Of a DNA stretch of 18,539 nucleotides, positions 1 to 6,700 are shown one piece after another. A program made the translations under genes and the position numbers. The stretch covers positions 1 to 18,539 of the forward strand of contig JBAYPN010000015.1 of assembly GCA_041677685.1 (NCBI GenBank). Direction: 5' to 3'. A model generated the notes under the pieces. It was given only the letters and a program-made list of their open reading frames with translations. It did no database searches and was not told the DNA's origin. Position 1 is the first letter of the stretch, and each line of letters begins with the position of its first letter. This stretch comes from an archaeon (GTDB taxonomy: Archaea > Iainarchaeota > Iainarchaeia > Iainarchaeales > CSSED10-239).

Positions 1-13
1 TCATATAATAATT

Positions 14-66
14 TTAATATAATATTTAAAAAGTTAATATAATATTTAAAAAGTTAATATAATATT
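14..66. repeat. 20-bp tandem repeat of almost pure A/T, about 2.6 copies (unit TTAATATAATATTTAAAAAG)
   Basis: Perfect copies at 14-33 and 34-53, with a partial copy at 54-66. It lies in a ~208-bp stretch of very high A+T content upstream of the first gene. A further 13-bp direct repeat, ATAATATAGAATA, occurs at 76-88 and 105-117. Confidence 0.8.
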
Positions 67-208
67 ATTAATCTAATAATATAGAATAATATCTAACAAT
101 TGTGATAATATAGAATATAATATACAATCTATAATATAATATATAAAATAAAATAATATCTTAAATAAATATCTAAAACAAATATAATATATAAAAAAGT
201 AATAAACT

Positions 209-1201
209 ATGCAATTCAATTTCACTAACTTTTTAGAAATTAAAAAAGATTCTAAAAAAATAAACATTGACCAAACAAGGGTCTGTAACTTAGATGCCTT
301 TTCCTTTATTACTCATGCTCACTCAGACCATGTGTGTAACACCCCCCAAAAGACATTTGCTACAAAAGAAACAATTGATCTTTTAAATCTCTCAATTAAA
401 AATAGTAGATTTGATTTTTTTGAACTAGAGTATGATAAGAAAATAAAGATAACAGATAACTTAATCTTAGAAACATTAAATGCTGGACACATATTAGGAA
501 GCTCCATGTTCTATTTCCAAGATCTAAAAAATGGTAAAGATATCCTTTACACCGGAGACTTTAATAGACACTCCACACTACTGCTAAAAGGAGCAAAGCC
601 AATTACAGCAGACATCCTTTTTTTAGAAACTACTTTTGGAAAACCAGAATTTATTTTTAAAAATAGAAATTCAATTTACTATAGTTTAGCAAAAAAAATA
701 AAAAATGAACTTCTAGAAAATAAACTAATAATTCTTGCAGGTTACTCTTTAGGAAAAAATCAAGAAATAATTTGTTTTGTTAATAACTTTTTAGATGTTA
801 CTCCTCTTGTTGATAGAAAAACATATGATTTTTCAAAGGTCTATAACCAAAATGGATATAATTTAAAATTTGAATTGCTAGATCATAATTTTAGTTTGTC
901 TAATATTCTAATATTGCCTCTCTCTTTAATTAACAGAGATCTACTAAATTCTTTAAGACTACAGTCAGGAAAAAACATCTGCTCATATGTTATGACAGGC
1001 TGGAATTATTCAAGGTCTTCTAACTTAATTAATATCTCTGATCATTGTGATCATAACTCTTTGTTAGACTTTGTAGATGAGGTTAACCCTAAGGTAGTCT
1101 ACACTATGCATGGCTTTTCTAAAAGCTTTGCAAAGTCAATCACCACAAGATTAGGAATAAATGCCTACCCAATAAACATTTTAAGAGAAAAGGGATTATA
1201 G
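209..1201 (+). CDS. beta-CASP family metallo-beta-lactamase-fold nuclease (short form, 330 aa)
   Basis: ATG-initiated 330-aa ORF. It carries the MBL motif 2, HAHSDH (nt 314-331), then NAGHILGSS (motif 3 His) and YTGDF (motif 4 Asp). The beta-CASP motif A is LETTFG (Glu at 626-628). Motifs B and C lie in SDHCDHNSLLDFVDEVNPKVVYTMHG. The substrate (RNA or DNA) cannot be determined from sequence. Confidence 0.8.
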   Translation: MQFNFTNFLEIKKDSKKINIDQTRVCNLDAFSFITHAHSDHVCNTPQKTFATKETIDLLNLSIKNSRFDFFELEYDKKIKITDNLILETLNAGHILGSSMFYFQDLKNGKDILYTGDFNRHSTLLLKGAKPITADILFLETTFGKPEFIFKNRNSIYYSLAKKIKNELLENKLIILAGYSLGKNQEIICFVNNFLDVTPLVDRKTYDFSKVYNQNGYNLKFELLDHNFSLSNILILPLSLINRDLLNSLRLQSGKNICSYVMTGWNYSRSSNLINISDHCDHNSLLDFVDEVNPKVVYTMHGFSKSFAKSITTRLGINAYPINILREKGL

Positions 1202-1303
1202 AGTTATTTCTTACTTAAAGTTATGTATTTATAAATGTTTCTAATTATAATATTTCTAAATAATTTATATAAAAACTTTATAAAAAATATGGAATGGTAG
1301 ATT

Positions 1304-2686
1304 ATGTTTAAGAAATATATACTTTTGTTATTTTCAATAATTTTAATATCAAGTGCATTATTTGCAGGTGCTTCTAGCACAACTGCAGATATCCCACTTG
1401 TCTTTAAATTTAAAGGAGAGTTTATAGATAATGTTGATGATATTACTTTTACATCCGCAACAGTTACTTTTAATAGTGTTCAAATAGCATTTACAAATGA
1501 TAATGATGAATTTTTAGAAGGTTTCTTTTCAGATGTTGTAAACAACATTCCAAAAAATGAAAAGTATTTAGATTTAGAATATAGAATAAAGATTATAGAT
1601 AATTCTGTTGAAGGATTTGGTGTTGCAGAGAATCTATCTTATAATTTTAAAATTCTAAACCCTTACTTTTCAGAATTAGGCGCAGTTTCTTTTAATTATA
1701 TTGATAACGATTCTGTTACAAGTGAAAATATTATAAATGATACTATTAAAGTAAACAAAATTGCTTTAAGATCAGTTACAAATTCAAAAATTAAAGATGA
1801 TGCAATTAATGGGAAATTATCTATGATTTCAACTTCTAAGATTGCAAACAATTCTATAACTAATACTCATATCCAAAATAGCTCAATTAGTCCTGATAAA
1901 TTAAATTCAGTTCAAGTTAATTTAGAAAGCTTAGTTTCTATTAATAGTGAGGGTGCTCTTGCAACAAAAGACTACAACTTTGGAGGTGGTCCTAAAATAG
2001 TTGCACTTGAAGGTTTAGGTTTATCAAACTCTGTTTTAAGTGTTGTGAGTTCAGGAGTTAAGGCAAAGCATATTAAATCAAAAAATATAACAACTCCTAA
2101 GATTGACGTTTCTGCAGTTACTGGTCATAAAATTGCAAATAGTGCAATTACAACAAATAAGATTATTGATTCTTCAGTATCTACAGACAAGGTTTTAAAT
2201 TCTTCAATTGCTACCTCTAAGATTAAAGATTTTGATGTTGGGTTAGAAAAGCTAGATGACAAGATTATTAAATCTACATATTGTGTAAATAAAAAAATAG
2301 AAATTGGACCAGTTATTGAAAATGGTACATTTATAATAGACTCAACTACCCTAAATATAAATGATTCTTGTTTTGTTAACAGAGATGATCCAACAAAAAT
2401 AAGTATAACTTTTGATGTTTCTAACATCTCTGCAAATTATGCATATCAGGGCATATACCTTTTTAATGAATCAGATGATTTGAAATTAACTTCTAGATGG
2501 TTTTGTAGTAAGTTAGGTGGCTATATGTCTGATTTTACTGAAGTTTCAAAATCATATGCTAATGGTTTGGCTTATACTTTTAATAAAGGGAATAATAAGA
2601 ATTATACTTTTGATTATGTTTATAGTGACGATAGTAAAAACTATTTAGAAACTGTAACTTGTGTATTTGAGGAGATTTATAGTTAA
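1304..2686 (+). CDS. secreted fibre-like repeat protein, paralogue 1 (460 aa), function unknown
   Basis: Sec-type signal peptide (MFKKYILLLFSIILISSALFAGA/SS). The N-terminal domain shares motifs with the next two ORFs: IPLVFKFKGEF, GFFSD and NPYFSEL. Two blocks of ~11-residue repeats such as SITNTHIQNSS and AITTNKIIDSS span about nt 1709-2270. The C-terminal domain has four Cys. Confidence 0.8.
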   Translation: MFKKYILLLFSIILISSALFAGASSTTADIPLVFKFKGEFIDNVDDITFTSATVTFNSVQIAFTNDNDEFLEGFFSDVVNNIPKNEKYLDLEYRIKIIDNSVEGFGVAENLSYNFKILNPYFSELGAVSFNYIDNDSVTSENIINDTIKVNKIALRSVTNSKIKDDAINGKLSMISTSKIANNSITNTHIQNSSISPDKLNSVQVNLESLVSINSEGALATKDYNFGGGPKIVALEGLGLSNSVLSVVSSGVKAKHIKSKNITTPKIDVSAVTGHKIANSAITTNKIIDSSVSTDKVLNSSIATSKIKDFDVGLEKLDDKIIKSTYCVNKKIEIGPVIENGTFIIDSTTLNINDSCFVNRDDPTKISITFDVSNISANYAYQGIYLFNESDDLKLTSRWFCSKLGGYMSDFTEVSKSYANGLAYTFNKGNNKNYTFDYVYSDDSKNYLETVTCVFEEIYS

Positions 2687-2699
2687 TTTTTAATTTATA

Positions 2700-2706
2700 A
2701 GGTGAT
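2700..2706 (+). promoter_or_regulatory. Shine-Dalgarno site AGGTGAT for paralogue 2
   Basis: AGGTGAT is complementary to the conserved 16S rRNA 3' end (AUCACCU). It lies 3 nt upstream of the ATG at 2710, inside a 23-nt intergenic spacer. Confidence 0.7.
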
Positions 2707-2709
2707 TTT

Positions 2710-4077
2710 ATGAAAAATAAATTTTTAAAGATTTTTATAATATTTATATTCTTTTTTATAAGTGTTGGGGTGGTAAGTTCATTTAGTATTCCATCAGTTG
2801 TAAAAATTACAGGTAGTATTGATTTAACAGAAACTAATGGAACTTATGTTGTTTATGCTTTTGTTAATGATCATTTAATAGGTTATAAATATTATTCAAA
2901 TTATGATGATTTAAGATTAGGACTTTATAATGGTTTTTTCTCAGACCCATTTGATATTTCTAAAACTGGAGATGGTGAGAGTTATAGTTTTGTTTTAAGT
3001 GTTAGTAGAACATATATAGTAAATGGAATAGACTATACTGTTATTAATAATTCAGACCCTATTCTTTTTCCAAACCCAAATTATAGTAATTTAAGTTATA
3101 CAGTAGACATTGTTGATAGTTCAATTACTACCCCTAAGATTAAAGATAATGCAGTTGGAGAAAATGACTTGGGAGCTAATTCAATTTGGACTGTTAGTAT
3201 TCCTGAAAATGTAGTAACTACAAATAAGATTAAGAATGATTCAATTAAAGGTACAGATTTTTCATTAGAGGCAATTGTTTCTGAAAAAGTAGCTGACAAC
3301 ACTATTGAAAAACCAAAGTTAAAAATAGAACCATCTAATCCTAACACAACCTATTCAGAATTCTTAGCAAAAACAGAAAATGATAATTTTTCTTGGGTTT
3401 CTAATGTTTCAGAAGATTATGAATTTGCTGTTGGGCAAGGTTTGTTTAAGGCTTTTGTTACAATGTCAAATACGACCTATGTAGGTATTGGTAATGAAAA
3501 AGTTGAAACAGGTATGTTTGAAGATAATTCTGTTACAACTAACAAAATAAAAGACTTAGCAGTAACAAATCCTAAACTTTCAGACAACTCAGTTTCAAGA
3601 CAAAAAATTATGGCTGATGCAATTGTTACTAGTAAGATTCAAAATCAAGCTGTAACAAATTCAAAAATTAAAAATAAAAACATAAATCAAGATAAATTAA
3701 ATAACACAGAATACTATTCACTATTAAAGTGTGGTCAAACATATTATAGTGTTTCTGGTAATATGTATGATTTAGAATTTGATAATTGTAATATTAATTA
3801 TAATAATTCAGAAAATAAATATTTAGTAACATATAATAATATTTTAATAAAGAAAGATGCTTCTACTAAATATTATTTTTCAAATAAAGATTTTACAAAA
3901 AATATAAATTTAATAAAAGGTTATTGTAACTCTAGAGGTGGAAGTCTAAACTCATACACTACAGAAAGTGGATCTTTTAATAGCCTTTTAGGTTTGACAG
4001 AAAAAGGAGAATTGCAAGTTGATTCTGGTACTTCTAAAATTAAAAATATAGTTTGTGAATTTTATTATATTGAATGA
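2710..4077 (+). CDS. secreted fibre-like repeat protein, paralogue 2 (455 aa), function unknown
   Basis: Signal peptide (MKNKFLKIFIIFIFFFISVGVVSS). Shared N-terminal motifs IPSVVKITGSI, GFFSD and NPNYSNL. 11-residue repeats start at residue 136 (nt 3115), the same residue number as in paralogue 1, for example SITTPKIKDNA, SVTTNKIKDLA and AVTNSKIKNKN. Four-Cys C-terminal domain. Confidence 0.8.
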   Translation: MKNKFLKIFIIFIFFFISVGVVSSFSIPSVVKITGSIDLTETNGTYVVYAFVNDHLIGYKYYSNYDDLRLGLYNGFFSDPFDISKTGDGESYSFVLSVSRTYIVNGIDYTVINNSDPILFPNPNYSNLSYTVDIVDSSITTPKIKDNAVGENDLGANSIWTVSIPENVVTTNKIKNDSIKGTDFSLEAIVSEKVADNTIEKPKLKIEPSNPNTTYSEFLAKTENDNFSWVSNVSEDYEFAVGQGLFKAFVTMSNTTYVGIGNEKVETGMFEDNSVTTNKIKDLAVTNPKLSDNSVSRQKIMADAIVTSKIQNQAVTNSKIKNKNINQDKLNNTEYYSLLKCGQTYYSVSGNMYDLEFDNCNINYNNSENKYLVTYNNILIKKDASTKYYFSNKDFTKNINLIKGYCNSRGGSLNSYTTESGSFNSLLGLTEKGELQVDSGTSKIKNIVCEFYYIE

Positions 4078-4088
4078 TATTGTATATT

Positions 4089-4095
4089 AGGTGAT
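4089..4095 (+). promoter_or_regulatory. Shine-Dalgarno site AGGTGAT for paralogue 3
   Basis: The same AGGTGAT heptamer as at 2700-2706. It lies 5 nt upstream of the ATG at 4101, and the intergenic spacer is again exactly 23 nt. Confidence 0.7.
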
Positions 4096-4100
4096 TGTAA

Positions 4101-5477
4101 ATGATAAAAAAAATATTTGGAATTTTTGTAATAATAATTAGTTTTCTTTTAATTATAAATGTTGGATATGCACACGATGTTCCTTTTGTAATTAAGATAA
4201 CTGGAGATTTAAATTTAAGTGATACCTCTCAAGATATTGGAATAAAAGCATATGTTAATGTTATATCAAACGATAATTTAGTTTTAGATAAAACAAATTT
4301 ACCATATGCAAACTTTAACTCCGAAATAGCCACTGGTTTTTTTACAGATCCAATTTCTAAAGATTTGACAGGAACTGATAAGACTTTCCCATTAAGAATT
4401 ATAGTTGAAGTAAACAATAGTAGTTTTCCTAAAACAATTTCAATTTCAAATCCAAATTATAGTAGTTTAGAGTATTATGCAAACAATTTAGTGGTTAATT
4501 CTCTAAATAATAATAAATTTGCAGATAAATCAATCACAACAAATAAGCTAAAGGATAACAGTGTTTCAGAAAGTAAAATTAATTATGTTTATGGAGAAAA
4601 TTTAGTAGATAATGCAGTTACTGGTTCAAAGATTAAAAATAATACTTTAACTAAAAGTAATTTTGCAAATGAAGGTCTAAATTATGTTGATTTTAAAATA
4701 TTGAATAATAATTCTGGAATTAATTATTTGTCAAAGAATCCAGATAATTCTGCTTTTGTTGCAGTTGGCACAATTGCAGCTATTGATTTAATGGAAGCTG
4801 GTGCTGGTATATTAAAAACAAACCCTTCTGAAATGAATACTTTTTCAATCAAGGATCTAGGAATTGTAAATAGTATGATTGGTAACAATGAAATTACAAC
4901 TAATAAATTGAATGATGGGGCAATAATTACTTCTAAGCTTGCAGACGACTTTATAACAACAAATAAATTTGCTGAGGGTGCTGTGGAAAATGCAGACTTG
5001 GACATAATGGAAACTGTGGACTTTGCAAACAACTCTTTGACTGTTAAGAAGTTGTCTGAGGAGGCATTGACTGCACTCTTATGTAATTCTGTGGATGTTT
5101 TTGTTTATAGGAGTGGACCAAATACTTCTTTAGGAGTTGCAAGAACAAATCATGATTGTGATGTTAGTTTTAATGGTTCTGAAATAAATGTAACATATGG
5201 AAATGTAAGATTTGAGAATGTGACTGAATTGGATGGTGGACCTTTTAAACTAAATGGAAATGAGATTTCAGGAAAAGCATTTTGTGCATTGCATAATGGT
5301 AAATTTTTAAGTGGTGATGAAGTTAGCGATTCTGTTTCCAATATTGCTTGGGTGCAATCTGATAATCTATGGGCAAGAGGAACAACTACAGAGAAATATT
5401 ATTCAGATATAACTTGTGTTTTTGATGGTGTTACTAAATATTCATCAGGATCATCAGGAAATTCAGGGGTAGAATAA
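4101..5477 (+). CDS. secreted fibre-like repeat protein, paralogue 3 (458 aa), function unknown
   Basis: Signal peptide (MIKKIFGIFVIIISFLLIINVGYA/HD). Shared motifs VPFVIKITGDL, GFFTD and NPNYSSL. 11-residue repeats include SITTNKLKDNS, EITTNKLNDGA and FITTNKFAEGA. Four-Cys C-terminal domain followed by a Ser/Gly-rich tail. Confidence 0.8.
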   Translation: MIKKIFGIFVIIISFLLIINVGYAHDVPFVIKITGDLNLSDTSQDIGIKAYVNVISNDNLVLDKTNLPYANFNSEIATGFFTDPISKDLTGTDKTFPLRIIVEVNNSSFPKTISISNPNYSSLEYYANNLVVNSLNNNKFADKSITTNKLKDNSVSESKINYVYGENLVDNAVTGSKIKNNTLTKSNFANEGLNYVDFKILNNNSGINYLSKNPDNSAFVAVGTIAAIDLMEAGAGILKTNPSEMNTFSIKDLGIVNSMIGNNEITTNKLNDGAIITSKLADDFITTNKFAEGAVENADLDIMETVDFANNSLTVKKLSEEALTALLCNSVDVFVYRSGPNTSLGVARTNHDCDVSFNGSEINVTYGNVRFENVTELDGGPFKLNGNEISGKAFCALHNGKFLSGDEVSDSVSNIAWVQSDNLWARGTTTEKYYSDITCVFDGVTKYSSGSSGNSGVE

Positions 5478-5490
5478 ATTTATCCTACCT

Positions 5491-5510
5491 CTTCTTTTTA
5501 TATTTTTTTA
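5491..5510 (+). terminator. oligo-T tracts, candidate archaeal-type terminator of the three-gene operon
   Basis: CTTCTTTTTATATTTTTTTA has a T5 run and a T7 run within 35 nt of the stop at 5477. No stable hairpin is evident, which fits intrinsic archaeal termination at T tracts. Confidence 0.4.
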
Positions 5511-5553
5511 ATTTCTAAAAAACAAATAATTATTTAAACTGTTTACTCAATAG

Positions 5554-5561
5554 TTATATAT
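5554..5561 (+). promoter_or_regulatory. TATA-box-like TTATATAT upstream of the HtpX-like gene
   Basis: The box centre is about 26 nt upstream of the ATG at 5583. That spacing fits a leaderless or near-leaderless archaeal transcript. The AT-rich background makes chance matches likely. Confidence 0.3.
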
Positions 5562-5582
5562 TGACTATAAAGATGTGTGATT

Positions 5583-6482
5583 ATGAGTTCTAAAAGTTTT
5601 TATTCTGAGATACGAAGAAATAATATAAAAACCTATTTTTTAATGTTTATCTTCTTTATCTTAATCTTGGTTATTGGATATTGTTTAAAATTAATATTCT
5701 CATTTGCAGGTTTTGGAATCTTGTTTTTTGCTGGACTCTTTGCAATTATCTTTGCGTTAATAGGTTACTATTCAGGAGACAAAATTGTACTCTCAACCTC
5801 AAAAGCAAAACCAATTGATGAAAAAAATCCAAAACATAAATACTTGGATAATCTAGTTGAGGGATTAGCAATTGCTGCTGGAATCCCAAAACCAAAAGTA
5901 TATGTTATTAATGATGTTTCTCCAAATGCTTTTGCAACTGGAAGAGATCCAAAGCATTCTTCTGTAGCTGTAACTTCTGGTCTTTTAGAGCTTTTAAACA
6001 GAGAGGAGCTAGAAGGAGTAATTGCCCACGAACTTTCACATATAAAAAACAGAGACATAAAAGTTATGATGATTGTTACTGTTCTTTTTGGACTAATAGT
6101 CATGGTGTCAGATATTGCTTTTAGGTCTTTGATATTTGGTGGAGCTTCAGGAGGTGGTAACGATAACAAAGGAGGGATCTTGGTTTTAGTTATAGCCATA
6201 GCTTTTGTAATCTTCTCTCCAATAATTGCCCTACTTATACAGATGTCAATTTCAAGAAAAAGAGAATATTTGGCAGACGCTTCTGGAGCAGAGTTAACAA
6301 GGTACCCAAAAGGTCTTGCAAGTGCTTTAAGAAAGATCTCCTCAATAGACAGACCAGTGGCTTCAGCCTCTAAAGGCTCAGCACATCTATATATTTCTAA
6401 TCCCTTAAAAAGAAAAAAAAGAAATCTATTTTCAACACATCCTCCAATTGAGGAAAGGATTAGAAGATTAGAGGCAATGTAA
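5583..6482 (+). CDS. htpX: HtpX-like M48 family zinc metalloprotease (integral membrane)
   Basis: HEXXH zinc site HELSH at nt 6027-6041 within GVIAHELSHIKNRD. The downstream motif is REYLADASGAELT (third ligand Glu). There are two N-terminal and two central hydrophobic helices, and a C-terminal HPPIEERIRRLE typical of HtpX. The track ORF opens at GTG 5577. I prefer ATG 5583 because of the TATA spacing, but the start is uncertain by 6 nt. Confidence 0.85.
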   Translation: MSSKSFYSEIRRNNIKTYFLMFIFFILILVIGYCLKLIFSFAGFGILFFAGLFAIIFALIGYYSGDKIVLSTSKAKPIDEKNPKHKYLDNLVEGLAIAAGIPKPKVYVINDVSPNAFATGRDPKHSSVAVTSGLLELLNREELEGVIAHELSHIKNRDIKVMMIVTVLFGLIVMVSDIAFRSLIFGGASGGGNDNKGGILVLVIAIAFVIFSPIIALLIQMSISRKREYLADASGAELTRYPKGLASALRKISSIDRPVASASKGSAHLYISNPLKRKKRNLFSTHPPIEERIRRLEAM

Positions 6483-6594
6483 CTTCTTTTCTTATTCTTT
6501 ATTTTTCTTAGTTATTAATTTTCAATCCCAATTTTATTTCTTTTTTTAAATTTCCATTTTTCTTTTCTTCTTTAAGCCTTCATCCTTTAATCCT

Positions 6595-6688
6595 ATTCTT
6601 TCTTATATATTAATAAATTGTTTGCTAGAAATATCTTTTTTTACCCACACAGAAAAAGATTCTTTCTTATATATTAATAAATTGTTTG
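6595..6688 (+). repeat. perfect 30-bp direct repeat (6595-6624 and 6659-6688) flanking a hairpin
   Basis: ATTCTTTCTTATATATTAATAAATTGTTTG occurs twice, 64 bp apart start to start. Each copy contains TTATATAT (6603-6610 and 6667-6674). Between the copies, ATCTTTTT (6633-6640) pairs with AAAAAGAT (6653-6660) around a 12-nt loop. Confidence 0.85.
6667..6674 (+). promoter_or_regulatory. TATA-box-like TTATATAT proximal to the NurA-like gene
   Basis: The box centre is about 30 nt upstream of ATG 6701, inside the second copy of the 30-bp repeat. An identical box sits at 6603-6610 in the first copy. Confidence 0.3.
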
Positions 6689-6700
6689 TGGTTTAATATA

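Noticed and set aside
73-507. Minus-strand ORFs 73-267 (64 aa) and 319-507 (62 aa)
   Set aside because: The first lies in near-pure A/T sequence and encodes an implausible I/Y/F/L-rich peptide that overlaps the start of the beta-CASP gene. The second is antisense to the well-supported MBL motif region. Neither has a start context or recognisable motif.
2125-5341. Minus-strand ORFs inside the three fibre-like genes (2125-2427, 3096-3347, 4229-4417, 4724-5032, 5150-5341)
   Set aside because: All are antisense to long + strand ORFs that have signal peptides, SD sites and mutual homology. Antisense frames stay open here because the sense repeats are poor in codons whose complements are stops.
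1304-5477. Diversity-generating retroelement (DGR) targeting the variable, possibly lectin-like C-terminal heads
   Set aside because: There is no reverse transcriptase ORF in the window, and I could see no template-repeat/variable-repeat pair by eye. The heads are diverged throughout rather than only at adenine-templated positions. Only a computed self-alignment of the full contig could exclude it completely.
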